Assembly (NCBI RefSeq): GCF_004353825.1
Contig: NZ_SMNA01000013.1
Span: 62,001 to 126,000 of the forward strand
Reading direction: 5' to 3'
Length of the DNA stretch: 64,000 nt
Source of the DNA: Occultella glacieicola
GTDB taxonomy: Bacteria > Actinomycetota > Actinomycetes > Actinomycetales > Beutenbergiaceae
Under the pieces are notes generated by a model. It had not been told where the DNA came from, ran no database searches, and saw nothing but the letters and a program-made list of their open reading frames with translations. Positions 17,532 through 31,399 of this stretch are shown piece after piece. A program made the position numbers and the translations under genes. How positions within the stretch are numbered: position 1 is the stretch's first letter; every line of letters starts with the position of its first letter.

Positions 17532-20414
17532 GTGAGCACCGCGCTGTATCGCCGCTACCGGCCAGAGACGTTCGCCGACGTGATCGGGCAGGAGCACGTC
17601 ACCGAGCCGCTGATGGCTGCCCTGCGGGCGAACCGGGTGACGCACGCGTACCTGTTCTCCGGGCCCCGCGGCTGCGGCAAGACCACCTCCGCCCGGATCC
17701 TGGCCCGCTGCCTCAACTGCGCGCAGGGCCCGACCGATACCCCGTGCGGCACCTGCGACAGCTGCGTGGAGCTGGCCCGCGGCGGCCCCGGCAGCCTCGA
17801 CGTCGTGGAGATCGACGCGGCCAGCCACAACGGTGTCGACGACGCCCGTGAGCTGCGTGAGCGGGCCGCGTTCGCCCCGGCCCGGGACCGGTACAAGATC
17901 TTCATCCTCGACGAGGCGCACATGGTCACCACGCAGGGCTTCAACGCCCTGCTCAAGCTCGTCGAGGAACCGCCGGCGCACGTGAAGTTCGTGTTCGCCA
18001 CCACCGAGCCGGACAAGGTGATCGGCACGATCCGGTCCCGGACCCACCACTACCCGTTCCGACTCGTCCCGCCGGAGCAGCTCACCGCCTACCTGGACCG
18101 GCTCGCCGTCGCCGAGGAGATCTCGGTGGCCTCGGGTGTGCTGCCGCTCGTGGTCCGCGCCGGTGGCGGCTCGGTGCGGGACTCCCTCTCGGTGCTCGAC
18201 CAGCTGATCGCCGGCGCGGACGCCGGTGAGGTCACCTACGAGCGGGCGGTCGCGCTGCTCGGGTTCACCCACGGCGCGCTGCTCGACGACGCGATCGACG
18301 CCCTCGCCGCGCGGGACGGCGCCAGCCTCTTCCGGGTCGTGGAGCGGGTCATCGACTCCGGGCACGCGCCGCGCCGGTTCGTCGAGGACCTGCTGGAGCG
18401 GATGCGGGACCTGATCGTGGTGCTCGCGGCCGGGGAGCAGGCGGGCACGGTGCTGCGGGCCGTCCCCGAGGACCAGCTCGAGCGGATGCGGGTGCAGTCC
18501 CAGCACCTCGGGCTCGGCGCCCTGTCCCGGGCCGCGGACCTGGTGAACCTCGCGCTCACCGAGATGGTCGGAGCGACGTCGCCCCGGCTGCAACTGGAAC
18601 TGCTCTGCGCGCGCCTCCTGCTGCCCGCCGCGGATGACGGGGTGGACGGCTTCAACGCGCGCCTGGACCGGCTCGAGGGGGCCCTCAGCGGCGCCGCGCC
18701 ACTGTCCCCGCGCTCGCCGGTGGCGGTGCCCCCGGCGCCCACCTCCACGGTGCCGCCGGCCCCCGTCCCCGCGGGGGCCGAGCCTGCTCCGTCCGCCGAG
18801 CCGGCCGAGCAGGTCCCGCCAGCCGGGCACGCTGCGCCCCCTGCGGCAACCGAGCACGCCGAACCGCCTGCGGCGTCGGAGGGCGCCGACCCCCGCGCGG
18901 CAGCCGAGCGCACCGAGCCCGGTGTGCCGTCGGAGCGCGCTGAGAACCCGGTGCCGACCGAGCGCATCGAGCCGCCCGCCGCGGCCAAGCCCGCAGCGCC
19001 CGATCCGGTCGCGCCGTCGGGCGGCGCCGGTGGGATGACCGCGGAGCAAGTGCGTCGGCGCTGGCCCGAGGTCCTGGAGACGCTGACCAGGATCAAGCGC
19101 ACCACGTGGGCGCTCATCTCCCAGGACGCTCAGGTCGTCGACCTGACCGCGACCAACCTCGCGCTCGGGTTCTCGACCTCCGGGCTCGCCTCCGCGTTCC
19201 GCAACGGCCCTCACGGCGAGCACCTGCAGCGAGCACTGTCGGAGACCCTCGGCCTGAACGTGCGCATCGACGCCGTCGTCGCCGACGGCAGCGCTCCGGC
19301 CGGGCAGTCCGAGCCAACGGCTGATCGCGACGGCGGCTCCGGCCCGGATGCGGCCGGTGCCAGCGGCGGCGCTCAGGCTTCCGTGAACGATGCGGTCAGC
19401 CGGGCCGAGGCCGACTGGGGCCGGCCGGCCGCGCCGGCGGGTACGGCACCGCGATCGACCGCTCCGGAGCAGGCCCCGCGGCCGCAGGCGGCCGAACCCG
19501 CACACGAGGTTTCGTCCGAGGTCCGGCCCGAGCCGGCACACCGGCCGACGCAGTCCTCGACGCGGTCGGCGTCACCGACGGGCAACGCGGACGCCGGCGC
19601 GGCCGACGCCGAGGACCCCGAGCCGGCGGGAGCCACGGCCACCGGAACGCCAGCCGCGGACGACGACTTCCCACCGCCGCCGTGGGACATCCCCGAGGAC
19701 CCGCCCGCACCGACCACCGGCGAGGACCCGCCCTCCGGCGGCGTGCGCCGCGAGGGGAGTCCGGGTGACCGGCCCGGCCCCATGGGCGGAGCCCGTGGTG
19801 AGTCGGGCGGGGGCGACGGGCCGACCCCCAGGGGTGGAGCGGGTGGTGAGTCGGACGGGGGCGACCGGCCGACCGCCAGGGGCGGAGCCCGCGGTGAGTC
19901 GGACGGGGGCGACCGGCCGACCGCCAGGCGTGGAGCCGGTGGTGAGTCCGATGGGGGCGACCGGCCGACCCCGACAGATGGAGCCGGCGGTGCGTCGAGC
20001 CAGGGTGGCCGGCCCGGATCGTCGGCCGGTGCGCGCCCACCGGTGCCGGAGGACGACATCCCGCCGGCGGAACCGCCGGACTTCGACGACGGTCCCGCAC
20101 CCGACCGGTTCCGGGGGGGCCCGGCCGGGGCGTCCCGAGCGGCAGCACCCCGCGGCTCCGCGCTCGCGGACCGCCCGTCGTCCGCGTCCGCCCGCGACGC
20201 CGCGTTCGCGGCCGCCCGCGCCCACACCAGCGGCGCCGGCAGCCGCGGTGGCGACCGGACGCCGTCGGGCCCCGGTCCGGTACCGATGGACGAACCCGAC
20301 ATGTCCGACCCGGACATCGAGTCCTCGTCCCTGATCGGGGCGCCGCTGGTGGCCCGCCTGCTCGGCGGCACCGTGATCGATGAGATCACCGAGACCACGG
20401 ACGGAGCGCCCTGA
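17532..20414 (+). CDS. dnaX: DNA polymerase III subunit gamma/tau with long low-complexity C-terminal linker
   Basis: [17 protein letters not shown], Zn-binding cysteines, EIDAAS and DEAHM motifs; TATTGT -10 six nt before GTG 17532. Confidence 0.95.
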   Translation: MSTALYRRYRPETFADVIGQEHVTEPLMAALRANRVTHAYLFSGPRGCGKTTSARILARCLNCAQGPTDTPCGTCDSCVELARGGPGSLDVVEIDAASHNGVDDARELRERAAFAPARDRYKIFILDEAHMVTTQGFNALLKLVEEPPAHVKFVFATTEPDKVIGTIRSRTHHYPFRLVPPEQLTAYLDRLAVAEEISVASGVLPLVVRAGGGSVRDSLSVLDQLIAGADAGEVTYERAVALLGFTHGALLDDAIDALAARDGASLFRVVERVIDSGHAPRRFVEDLLERMRDLIVVLAAGEQAGTVLRAVPEDQLERMRVQSQHLGLGALSRAADLVNLALTEMVGATSPRLQLELLCARLLLPAADDGVDGFNARLDRLEGALSGAAPLSPRSPVAVPPAPTSTVPPAPVPAGAEPAPSAEPAEQVPPAGHAAPPAATEHAEPPAASEGADPRAAAERTEPGVPSERAENPVPTERIEPPAAAKPAAPDPVAPSGGAGGMTAEQVRRRWPEVLETLTRIKRTTWALISQDAQVVDLTATNLALGFSTSGLASAFRNGPHGEHLQRALSETLGLNVRIDAVVADGSAPAGQSEPTADRDGGSGPDAAGASGGAQASVNDAVSRAEADWGRPAAPAGTAPRSTAPEQAPRPQAAEPAHEVSSEVRPEPAHRPTQSSTRSASPTGNADAGAADAEDPEPAGATATGTPAADDDFPPPPWDIPEDPPAPTTGEDPPSGGVRREGSPGDRPGPMGGARGESGGGDGPTPRGGAGGESDGGDRPTARGGARGESDGGDRPTARRGAGGESDGGDRPTPTDGAGGASSQGGRPGSSAGARPPVPEDDIPPAEPPDFDDGPAPDRFRGGPAGASRAAAPRGSALADRPSSASARDAAFAAARAHTSGAGSRGGDRTPSGPGPVPMDEPDMSDPDIESSSLIGAPLVARLLGGTVIDEITETTDGAP
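19785..19976 (+). repeat. In-frame 48-bp tandem repeat x4 within dnaX
   Basis: [16 protein letters not shown] / [16 protein letters not shown] / [16 protein letters not shown] / [16 protein letters not shown]. Confidence 0.9.
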
Positions 20415-21019
20415 TGGCCGCGTACGAGGGGATCATCGCCGACCTGATCGAGGAACTGGGCCGGCTGCCCGGGGTGGGCCCGAAGAGCGCCCAGCGGATC
20501 GCGTTCCACATCCTCGCGGCCGACCCGGCCGAGGTGCAGCGGCTGGCGGCCGTGCTCACCGAGGTCAAGAGCAAGGTCCGGTTCTGTGAGATCTGCGGCA
20601 ACGTCTCCGAGGACGTCCAGTGCCGGATCTGCCGCGACCCACGCCGCGACCCGTCGATCCTGTGTGTGGTCGAGGAGGCGAAGGACGTCGTCGCGATCGA
20701 GCGCACCCGGGAGTTCCGCGGCCGCTACCACGTGCTCGGCGGGGCCATCAACCCGATCGACGGGGTCGGCCCGGACGACCTGCGGATCCGGGAGCTGATG
20801 ACCCGGCTGGCCGACGGCGCCGTGCAGGAGATCATCATCGCCACCGACCCGAACGTGGAGGGCGAGGCCACGGCCACCTACCTGGCCCGGATGCTGCGGC
20901 CGATGGGGTTGACCATCTCGCGGCTGGCCTCCGGTCTGCCGGTGGGTGGAGACTTGGAGTACGCGGACGAGATCACCCTCGGCCGGGCGTTCGAGGGACG
21001 GAGGAGCATCGATGTCTGA
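20414..21019 (+). CDS. recR: Recombination mediator RecR
   Basis: [11 protein letters not shown]hH, C4 zinc finger, Toprim EGEATA; coupled to dnaX by TGATG. Confidence 0.96.
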   Translation: MAAYEGIIADLIEELGRLPGVGPKSAQRIAFHILAADPAEVQRLAAVLTEVKSKVRFCEICGNVSEDVQCRICRDPRRDPSILCVVEEAKDVVAIERTREFRGRYHVLGGAINPIDGVGPDDLRIRELMTRLADGAVQEIIIATDPNVEGEATATYLARMLRPMGLTISRLASGLPVGGDLEYADEITLGRAFEGRRSIDV

Positions 21020-21590
21020 GAGCCACGGACTGGACAATGACCTGCTGGTGCTGGCCACCGCGACCGCCGGGGTCGCCGAACGCTACCTGGACACGGTCCG
21101 CGAGGTCGCTGCCGGGGTGAGCCCGGACGCCTCCATCCCGCTGCTCCTGCTCGCCGTCTCCGACCTCAGCGCCGCCGGCGCCCGCCTGGGCGCCATCGTG
21201 GACATCGTGCCCTCCGAACGGTTCGAGCCCGACGACGGCCCCGAGGGCGACCTCGAACCGCTGCGGGTGTCCCTGGCGAACGTGCTCGAGGGGATCGACG
21301 AGTACACCGAGGTCGCCGACCCGCTGGTCAGCCCCGAGGTCAGCGCCGGTGCGCTCAGCAACGACCTGTCCGACGTCGCCCAGGCCCTGAGCGTCGGCCT
21401 GCAGCACCACCGGGCCGGGAACCCTTCGGAGGCCCTGTGGTGGTGGCAGTTCTCCTACCTGTCGGCCTGGGGTGAGCGCGCGGCCAGCGCGATGCGGGTC
21501 CTGCTCAGCCTGATCTCGCACCTGCGCCTGGACGTGGACGACGACATCGCCGGGGAGGCCGAGTTCGACGCGCTGCACGGCGGCGCCTGA
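21012..21590 (+). CDS. DUF5063 domain protein
   Basis: FEPDDG and [14 protein letters not shown] motifs; conserved position after recR. Confidence 0.8.
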   Translation: MSESHGLDNDLLVLATATAGVAERYLDTVREVAAGVSPDASIPLLLLAVSDLSAAGARLGAIVDIVPSERFEPDDGPEGDLEPLRVSLANVLEGIDEYTEVADPLVSPEVSAGALSNDLSDVAQALSVGLQHHRAGNPSEALWWWQFSYLSAWGERAASAMRVLLSLISHLRLDVDDDIAGEAEFDALHGGA

Positions 21591-21646
21591 ACCCCGGTGA
21601 CGGCGTGTGAGAGCCGCGGCCCGGCGGCCGCGCCGGCAGCCCGCGG

Positions 21647-22741
21647 TTACGCGACCCGGGTGCCGCCCGGCAGCGTGCGGTAGGGCACCCTGAGCCGGCG
21701 GATCGCGACCGCGAGCCCGACCGCCCCGAGCAGCAGGTTCGCCGCGAGGCCCCACGGCCAGATCGGCGCCGCGTCATCGACCGTCGGCGGCGGCGCGCTG
21801 TCCAGCCAGCACTCCTGATGCACGTCCGGTGGGCCGCTGCGCACCTGGTTCGTGGCCGAGCGGATCGCCTCGAACGGGCCGGAGTCCCGCGGGTCCAGGC
21901 CCGGTTGGGCGCCGGTGTCGGCGAGGATCACGAACGGGTTGATCGCGAGCAGCCACCAGGTCCGCTCCGTGTGGGTGACCTCGCGCTGGGCCGTGAACGT
22001 CTCGCACTCGTAGGTCTGGTCACCGGCCATGGCCTCCTCGCTGACGCCGTAGACCTCGACCTCCTCCGTGGTGGTCACCAGCGGCGCGGTCAGCGCGAAC
22101 AGGATCAGCGAGATCACGGTGAGCGAGGCGACGGCCACATAGGTGAGTACGCTCGATCCGGCCGTGCGGGCGGTCAGCGCGGAGAACCCGAGCCCGATCG
22201 CGCAGACCACCCCGAGCAGCAGCGCGAGCACCACGATGGAGAGGAAGAACCCGGCCACGGTGGTGCCGCCGAGCAGTGCGCTCCAGATCAGGAACGGCAG
22301 CGAAACCGCGAGGAACGCGAGCGCCGCGGCCCAGCCGGCGAGCAGCTTCCCGACGGCGATGTCCGCCGGGGAGAGCAGCGTCACCTGCAGGATCGCGAGG
22401 GTTCCCGCGTTGCGGTCGCCGTTGATGGCGGTGGACGCGAGCGTCGGCGCCACCACCAGGCCGAGTCCGAGCACGAACATCAGGACCAGCCCGAAGGACC
22501 AGGTCGGGTCACCGCCGAGAGCGGCGAACGCCCCGCCGATCAGGATGCTGACCAGGCCGACGAGCGCGAACCAGACCGCCAGGGCGACCCGCCAGCGGGT
22601 CGACCGGATCCGTTGCCGCAGTTCCAGGACGGCGATCGTGCGGACGCCCTGCCAGGAGATCGCCCTGGCGGAGGTGTCGGGCCCGGGCGGCGCCGGGTCC
22701 AAGGGGTGGCCGGGCTCCAAAGGCACGTCGAAGGTCGTCAT
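21647..22741 (-). CDS. ABC-2 type transporter permease
   Basis: LELRQRIR, AINGDRNAGTL and GKLLAGW motifs; multiple TM helices. Confidence 0.85.
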   Translation of the reverse strand: MTTFDVPLEPGHPLDPAPPGPDTSARAISWQGVRTIAVLELRQRIRSTRWRVALAVWFALVGLVSILIGGAFAALGGDPTWSFGLVLMFVLGLGLVVAPTLASTAINGDRNAGTLAILQVTLLSPADIAVGKLLAGWAAALAFLAVSLPFLIWSALLGGTTVAGFFLSIVVLALLLGVVCAIGLGFSALTARTAGSSVLTYVAVASLTVISLILFALTAPLVTTTEEVEVYGVSEEAMAGDQTYECETFTAQREVTHTERTWWLLAINPFVILADTGAQPGLDPRDSGPFEAIRSATNQVRSGPPDVHQECWLDSAPPPTVDDAAPIWPWGLAANLLLGAVGLAVAIRRLRVPYRTLPGGTRVA

Positions 22742-23703
22742 CGTCGCTCCGTATCCAGGGAGAGGTAGGCCTGCTCGAGCCGGCCGCTGACGGGAGCGAG
22801 CGAGACCACCGGAACCCCGGCCCCGACCGCTGCGGCGAGCAGCGCGGCCGCAGCCGCGTCATCGGTGAGATCGACGAGGACCGAGCCGGCACCGTCGGGC
22901 GCGTCGGTGTCCGGGTGCAGGGTGACCCGGGCCGCGGACGCCCACCGCTGCAGCGCCGGACCGTCGAGCGTGCGCAGCCGCCACCGGCGCTCGGTGACGC
23001 CCACGCGCAGCTGTTCGGAGCTGACCGTGCGGCCGCGGGAGAGGAACACGGCGTCGTCGACCATCTCGTCCAGCTCGGCCAGCACGTGGGAGGAGATCAG
23101 CACGGTGGTGCCGGCGGCGGCCAGGCCGCGCAGCAGCGAGCGCATCTCGATCCTCGAGCGGGGATCGAGCCCGGACGCGGGTTCGTCCAGCAGCAGCACC
23201 TCGGGGGAGTTGATCAGCGCCCGGGCCATCCCCAGGCGCTGCTTCTGCCCGCGGGAGAGGGTGTGCGCGGGTGCGGCGGCCAGGTCGTCGAGGTGCACCG
23301 TCCGCAGGAGCTCCCAGGCCCGCGCCCGGCCCTGCCCGGCCGGCAGCCGGTAGGCGCCGGCCATCGTGGTGAGCACCTCGACCGCGGTCAGGGAGTCCCA
23401 GGTGCCGAACGCGTCGGGCATCCAGCCGACCCGGGACCGGGCGGTCGCCGACGACCCGGGGTCGGCGCCGGCCACCAGCACGGAGCCGTGGTCCGGGGCG
23501 AGGAGTCCCGCCAGGATGAGCAGCAGGGTCGTCTTGCCGGAGCCGTTCGGGCCGACCAGCGCGGTCACCGAGCCGCGCCGCACGGTCAGGTCCACCCCGG
23601 CCACCGCCCGGACGGTGCCGAACGAGCGGTGCAGGTCCCGCGCGAGGATCCCCGGCGGCGGGTCGGGCGGGGCGCCGGGCCCCGCCGGCTGAGGTGTCGA
23701 CAT
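22738..23703 (-). CDS. ABC transporter ATP-binding protein
   Basis: GPNGSGKTT, LSRGQKQR, LLLDEP and ISSH motifs. Confidence 0.9.
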   Translation of the reverse strand: MSTPQPAGPGAPPDPPPGILARDLHRSFGTVRAVAGVDLTVRRGSVTALVGPNGSGKTTLLLILAGLLAPDHGSVLVAGADPGSSATARSRVGWMPDAFGTWDSLTAVEVLTTMAGAYRLPAGQGRARAWELLRTVHLDDLAAAPAHTLSRGQKQRLGMARALINSPEVLLLDEPASGLDPRSRIEMRSLLRGLAAAGTTVLISSHVLAELDEMVDDAVFLSRGRTVSSEQLRVGVTERRWRLRTLDGPALQRWASAARVTLHPDTDAPDGAGSVLVDLTDDAAAAALLAAAVGAGVPVVSLAPVSGRLEQAYLSLDTERR

Positions 23704-23842
23704 GACCCACACGGTAGGGCCGGCTCCCCACCTTCGGGCTGGTTCCGGCCGGTGCGGCCTGCGTGGATCCTGTGGCCGTCCCGTGTGCCTCACGGTCCGG
23801 ATCCGTTCGGCGTCGAGCCCGGTGAGGTGGTAGACCTGCTCG

Positions 23843-24676
23843 GTGCCCCACGCCCCGATGCTCGCCGACGCCACGATCACCCTCCCGGGGACCGGCGGCA
23901 TCGAGCTGACGCTCGGCGTGATCGCCCTGATCCTGCTGGCCGGGTTCGCGGCGGGCTGGGTCGACGCCGTCGTGGGCGGCGGCGGGCTGATCCAGCTGCC
24001 CGCCCTGCTGGTGCTGGTCCCGGACATCACCGCGGTGCAGGCCCTGGCCACGAACAAGGTCGGGTCCATCATGGGCACCTCCACGAGTTCCCTGACCTAC
24101 TACCGGCGGATCCATCCGGACCTGCGCACGGCCGCGCCGATGGCGATCGCGGCCTTCCTCGCGGCCGTCGGCGGCGCGGCGCTGGCCTCGAACATCCCGG
24201 AGTCCGCCCTGCGCCCGATCATCATCGTGGTGCTCGTCCTGGTCGCGGTGTACACGGCGGCCAGGCCGCGGCTCGGGGCGGTCACCGACCTGCGCTGGAG
24301 CGGGAACCGGCACTACGGCGCGGCCGCCGGCATCGGCCTAGCGATCGGGGCCTACGACGGGCTGCTCGGCCCCGGGACCGGCAGCTTCCTGGTCATCGCC
24401 CTGGTCAGCGTGCTGGGGTATGCGTTCCTGCCCGCCAGCGCGCTCGCGAAGATCGTGAACTTCGCCACGAACCTCGGTGCGCTGGTGTTCTTCGTGCCGT
24501 ACGGCGCCGTGCTCTGGGGGATCGGGATCGGGGTCGGTGCCGCGAACATCCTCGGCGCCTACATCGGGGCGCGGATGGCGGTGGCCCGGGGCAGCGGCTT
24601 CATCCGGGTCGCGTTCCTGGTGGTGGTCGCCGCCCTCATCGTGAAGCTCACCTGGGACGTCGTCAGCGGCAACTGA
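23843..24676 (+). CDS. TSUP (TauE/SafE) family transporter
   Basis: DAVVGGGGLIQLP, ATNK and YDGLLGPGTGSF motifs. Confidence 0.87.
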   Translation: MPHAPMLADATITLPGTGGIELTLGVIALILLAGFAAGWVDAVVGGGGLIQLPALLVLVPDITAVQALATNKVGSIMGTSTSSLTYYRRIHPDLRTAAPMAIAAFLAAVGGAALASNIPESALRPIIIVVLVLVAVYTAARPRLGAVTDLRWSGNRHYGAAAGIGLAIGAYDGLLGPGTGSFLVIALVSVLGYAFLPASALAKIVNFATNLGALVFFVPYGAVLWGIGIGVGAANILGAYIGARMAVARGSGFIRVAFLVVVAALIVKLTWDVVSGN

Positions 24677-24785
24677 TCCGCGGCGGGCCCGGACGACAGG
24701 TTTCGCGATGCGGACCGCGCCGTGTCCACGGACTGGTCCGCTCTAGAATCAGACGTTCCATTTTCCCCACCCCATCGGAGCCTCC

Positions 24786-27094
<2,309 letters not shown>

Positions 27095-27101
27095 AGGGTC
27101 C

Positions 27102-28970
27102 TCAGCCGGCCGGCAGATGCCGGGTGACGAACTCCAGTTCGGCCCGCATCTGCCGGATCCGCTCGTGGTCCACGTAGGACCCGTGTCCGGCGTCGTAGGT
27201 GTAGGTCTCCACCACCGCACCCCGGCCGCGCAGCGCGGTCACGTAGTTCTCGATCTGCCGGTACGGGCACCTCGGGTCGTTCTGACCCGCGAGGATCAAC
27301 ACCGGGGCCCGGACCGCGTCGACGTAGGTCAGCGGTGAGGAGACCCGGTAGGCCTCCGGCACCTCCTCCGGCGAACCGCCGAACAGGGACCGGTCGAACG
27401 CCTTCAGGCTGTCCATCTCGTCGGCGTAGGCGGCGACGTAGTCGGCGACCGGAACGCCGGCGATGCCGAGGGACCACCGTTCCGGCTGGGTGCCGAGCCC
27501 GAGCAGGGTCAGGTACCCGCCCCAGGACGCCCCGGCCAGCACCGACCGGTTCGCATCGAGGGTCCCGTCCGCCACCAGGGCCTCGTGCACGGCGGCGATG
27601 TCCGCGAGCTCGGTGAACCCGACCTTCGCCTCGAGGGCGTCCCGCCAGGCCGAGCCGTACCCCGTGGAGCCCCGGTAGTTGACCTTCAGGACCGCGAACC
27701 CGTGGTCGGACCACGCGGCCGCGTACGGGTCGAAGGAGTCCGAGTCGTGCCACGTCGGGCCGCCGTGCACGTCCACGATCACCGGGTAGGGGGCGGACCC
27801 GGTCGCCGGGCGGCGGAGCAGGCCGTGGATGCGCCCACCCGGGCCGTCCGCCCAGACGTCCTCCACGGGCACGGACGTGGGCGGCCGCTTCCCGCCGAGC
27901 GTGATCAGGGATGCCCCGCTCGCGGCCGAGACCACGTCCCGGGGTTCAGCCGCGGACGAGCGCGCGATCCAGACGTCACCGTCCGGCCGGGGCGTTGCCC
28001 CGGAGACCGTCCCGACGGCGGAGCCCACCTGCCGTACGGAGCCGTCCTGGAGGTCGTAGCGGAACAGGAGGGTGCGCGCCTCGTGGTCCTGGGCGATGAG
28101 CAGGGCGCGCCCGTCCGGGTAGAAGTCCGCGTCCGAGACGTCGCCCGGCAGGCCCGGCTCGATCGGACGGATCAGCCCGGTCCGCACGTCCCAGATCAGC
28201 AGCCGGTTGGCGCCGGACCGCTCGTGCCGGACCAGGAGCCGCGAGTCGGCGGCGTGTGGTGCGAACGCGATCGCCCACAGGCCCAGACCGGGCCCGTCGT
28301 CCAGGTCCGCGACCGCGGCGCCGTTGTCGACCGAGAGGACCCGGATCGCCGGGTGCCGGTTGTCGCCGCGCTCGCTGTGCTCGACGGCCACCAGGTTGCC
28401 GTCCCGGCTCAGGGCAGCCGCCTCCGCGTCCTGGGCGTGCCGGTACAGCGGCACGGGCACGGCATCGGGGTATCCGGCCCGGACGGCGTGGATCTGGGTT
28501 CCGTAACTCTCATCGCTGCGCCCGATCACGGCCGTGCCGTCGTCGTGGAGCAGCAGCCCGGCGGAGTAGGCAGGCGGCAGGTTGATCGGGTGCTCAGGCC
28601 GGCGGGTCACGGTGGAGCCGAACGGTTGCCGCCGCCAGGTACCGAACTCGTCGCCGTCGTGGTCGTCGAACCACCAGATCCACGCCCCGGTCGGGTCGAT
28701 CGTGGCGTCCGTGGTGCCGTGCGGGCGGTCGGTCGCGCGCACCAGCGCACCGGTGGAGACGGTCCAGGAGTGCACCTGCTGCGCCCCACCCGCGGTGGCG
28801 ATCACCACCGCGCGGTCCGGGTTGGCGTGCGCCCACTCGGGCAGACCGACCCGGCGGGCCCGGAAGCGCTCCTCCCAGGGCGGCGGCGGCCAGGTCTCGA
28901 CGTCCGCGCCGGGTCGGGCGGAGCGGTCGGTGGCCCGGTGGGTGCGGCCGGTGACGCGATCGATCGGCAT
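27102..28970 (-). CDS. S9 family (prolyl oligopeptidase-like) serine peptidase
   Basis: HGGP, NYRGSTGYG, GASWGG nucleophile, DPRC and GH; beta-propeller-like N-terminus. Confidence 0.9.
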   Translation of the reverse strand: MPIDRVTGRTHRATDRSARPGADVETWPPPPWEERFRARRVGLPEWAHANPDRAVVIATAGGAQQVHSWTVSTGALVRATDRPHGTTDATIDPTGAWIWWFDDHDGDEFGTWRRQPFGSTVTRRPEHPINLPPAYSAGLLLHDDGTAVIGRSDESYGTQIHAVRAGYPDAVPVPLYRHAQDAEAAALSRDGNLVAVEHSERGDNRHPAIRVLSVDNGAAVADLDDGPGLGLWAIAFAPHAADSRLLVRHERSGANRLLIWDVRTGLIRPIEPGLPGDVSDADFYPDGRALLIAQDHEARTLLFRYDLQDGSVRQVGSAVGTVSGATPRPDGDVWIARSSAAEPRDVVSAASGASLITLGGKRPPTSVPVEDVWADGPGGRIHGLLRRPATGSAPYPVIVDVHGGPTWHDSDSFDPYAAAWSDHGFAVLKVNYRGSTGYGSAWRDALEAKVGFTELADIAAVHEALVADGTLDANRSVLAGASWGGYLTLLGLGTQPERWSLGIAGVPVADYVAAYADEMDSLKAFDRSLFGGSPEEVPEAYRVSSPLTYVDAVRAPVLILAGQNDPRCPYRQIENYVTALRGRGAVVETYTYDAGHGSYVDHERIRQMRAELEFVTRHLPAG

Positions 28971-29076
28971 GTCGGCAGCCTACGACCACCGCGCCGACCG
29001 CGGTGCCGGGTGTTCGACGAGCGCCCGTGGCCGACGCGGTCGTGGTGATCCGGCGTGCCCACCCGGTGCGTCGAAA

Positions 29077-29136
29077 TGTATACACGCGAGGCTGATTCCG
29101 GACGGAACTGGTCAGAACGAGGGATTGGTGTATACG
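29077..29136. promoter_or_regulatory. Two GntR/FadR-type operator boxes
   Basis: TGTATACA (29077-29084) and TGTATACG (29129-29136) upstream of gntR-prpDBC. Confidence 0.6.
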
Positions 29137-29162
29137 CTGGGGTCAAGATCTGACCAAGGCAG

Positions 29163-29888
29163 GTGAATCTGATGCGGGCTGGTTCGCGGGCCTACCACGC
29201 CCTGCGCGAGGACATCCTCGAGTGGCGGCTGCCGCCCGGTACACCCCTGGGCGAGGTGGAGCAGGCGCAACGGCTCGGCGTCTCCCGCACCCCGGTCCGG
29301 GAGGCGCTCGCCCGGCTCGCCGCCGACGGACTCGTGCGTGGCACCGGCGCCCGGGGCGCCGTCGTCGCCGATCTCTCGCCCGCGGACGTGCGCGACCTGT
29401 TCGACCTGCGGATCGCCGTCGAGACCCGGCTCGCCCGGCTCGCGGCGCAGCGACGCGACCCCGGACCCTTCCGGGCCCTCGCCGCGGACCTGGGCGCCGC
29501 CGTCGACCTGGATCTGGGCGCACCCGGGGACCGGGCCTCCTACTACGACCTGGTGCAGCGACTCGACGACGCGATCGACACGGCGGCCGCGAGCCGGCTG
29601 CTGTCCCAGGCCCTCGACGGGGTCCGGCTGCACCTGAGGCGGCTGCGACGGGTAGCCCGGGACCACCCCGACCGGTTGCGGGAGTCGGCCAGCGAGCACC
29701 TGAGCGTGACCCGCGCCATCCTGGACTCCGACGCCGAACTGGCGGCTGCCGCGACCCTCGTGCACCTGCGCGCGAGCCTCGGCCACATCCTGCACACCTA
29801 CGAGGACGACCCCGCACGACCGCTGCCGACGGCGCCGACGGCGCTCTCGGCCGACGAACCCACCGCGCGAATCGGAGAGGCCCCATGA
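29163..29888 (+). CDS. GntR (FCD) family regulator of the methylcitrate operon
   Basis: [18 protein letters not shown] domain (EH...AILD); overlaps the prpD start (ATGA). Confidence 0.9.
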   Translation: MNLMRAGSRAYHALREDILEWRLPPGTPLGEVEQAQRLGVSRTPVREALARLAADGLVRGTGARGAVVADLSPADVRDLFDLRIAVETRLARLAAQRRDPGPFRALAADLGAAVDLDLGAPGDRASYYDLVQRLDDAIDTAAASRLLSQALDGVRLHLRRLRRVARDHPDRLRESASEHLSVTRAILDSDAELAAAATLVHLRASLGHILHTYEDDPARPLPTAPTALSADEPTARIGEAP

Positions 29889-31399
29889 TCACCCACCAGG
29901 TACGCACCCACCGCAGCGACGAGGACCTACCCCGCACGCAGCAACTCGCCTGGAGTCTCGCCGAGCTCGCCACCGACCCGGTGCCGGTGACCCCCGAGGT
30001 CACCGAGATGATCATCAACCGGGTCATCGACAACGCGGCCGTGGCGACGGCGTCCCTGCTGCGGGCGCCGGTGGTGGCGGCCCGTTCGCAGGCGCTCGCT
30101 CACCCGTACACGCCCGGGGCGACCGTGTTCGGTCGCAGCCCGGACCTGCGGGTCAGCCCCGAGTGGGCCGCCTGGGCGAACGGGGTCGCGGTCCGCGAGC
30201 TCGACTACCACGACACGTTCCTGGCCGCGGAGTACTCCCACCCGGGCGACAACATCCCGCCGATCCTCGCCGTCGCCCAGCACACCGGCGCCTCCGGTGC
30301 GGACCTGGTCCGGGGCATCACCACCGGGTACGAGATCCAGGTCGACCTGGTCCGGGCGATCAGCCTGCACAAGCACAAGATCGACCACGTGGCCCACCTC
30401 GGGCCGAGCGCGGCCGCCGGCATCGGCACCCTGCTCCGGCTGGACGCCGAGACGGTCTTCCAGGCCATCGGGCAGGCGCTGCACACCACCACCGCGACCC
30501 GGCAGTCCCGCAAGGGGCAGATCTCGACGTGGAAGGCGTACGCGCCCGCCCTGGCCGGCAAGCTCGCCATCGAGGCCGTCGACCGGGCGATGCGCGGGCA
30601 GACGTCCCCCGAGCCGATCTACGAGGGCGAGGACGGCGTGATCGCCTGGCTCCTGGACGGGCCGGACGCGACCTACGACGTGCCGCTGCCGGGCCCGGGG
30701 GAGCCGCGCACCGGGATCCTCGACACGTACACGAAGGAGCACTCCGCGGAGTACCAGTCGCAGGCGCTCATCGATCTGGCCCGGCGGCTGCACCGGACCC
30801 GCCCGGAACTGGCCGAGCCGGGCCGGATCGAATCCATCGTCATCCACACCAGCCACCACACCCACTACGTGATCGGCTCCGGCGCGAACGACCCGCAGAA
30901 GTACTCCCCGTCCGCCACCCGGGAGACGCTCGACCACTCGATCCCGTACATCGTCGCGGTCGCGCTGCAGGACGGCACCTGGCACCACGAACGCTCGTAT
31001 GCCCCGGAGCGGGCGGGCCGCCCGGACACCGTGGCCCTGTGGCAGAAGATCACCACCGCCGAGGACCCCGAGTGGACCCGCCGCTACCACTCCACGGACC
31101 CGGCCGAGAAGGCGTTCGGGGGCCGGATGGAGATCACCACCACCGACGGGCAGCGGATCGTGGAGGAGATCGCCGTGGCCGACGCCCACCCCCTCGGGGC
31201 CCGCCCGTTCGAGCGCGCGCAGTACGTCGAGAAGTTCCGCACCCTGGCCGACGGCGTCCTCGAGCCGGCCGAGATCGACCGGTTCCTCACGGTCGCGGCA
31301 CGGCTGCCGGAGCTCGAACCGGGGGAGCTGTCCCAGCTCACCGTGGTGGCCCGGCCCGGGCTGCTCGGCACGGTGCGCTCACCCAAGGGCCTGTTCTGA
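29885..31399 (+). CDS. prpD: 2-methylcitrate dehydratase
   Basis: [35 protein letters not shown] and RETLDHS motifs. Confidence 0.94.
   Translation: MITHQVRTHRSDEDLPRTQQLAWSLAELATDPVPVTPEVTEMIINRVIDNAAVATASLLRAPVVAARSQALAHPYTPGATVFGRSPDLRVSPEWAAWANGVAVRELDYHDTFLAAEYSHPGDNIPPILAVAQHTGASGADLVRGITTGYEIQVDLVRAISLHKHKIDHVAHLGPSAAAGIGTLLRLDAETVFQAIGQALHTTTATRQSRKGQISTWKAYAPALAGKLAIEAVDRAMRGQTSPEPIYEGEDGVIAWLLDGPDATYDVPLPGPGEPRTGILDTYTKEHSAEYQSQALIDLARRLHRTRPELAEPGRIESIVIHTSHHTHYVIGSGANDPQKYSPSATRETLDHSIPYIVAVALQDGTWHHERSYAPERAGRPDTVALWQKITTAEDPEWTRRYHSTDPAEKAFGGRMEITTTDGQRIVEEIAVADAHPLGARPFERAQYVEKFRTLADGVLEPAEIDRFLTVAARLPELEPGELSQLTVVARPGLLGTVRSPKGLF

Noticed and set aside
19785..19976. 48-bp repeats as a CRISPR array
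   Set aside because: Head-to-tail units with no unique spacers, in frame within dnaX, and no cas genes in the window
20113..20119. G7 run in dnaX as a programmed frameshift or phase-variation site
   Set aside because: Short G runs are common here, it lies far from the position expected for a gamma-generating frameshift, and the frame is intact
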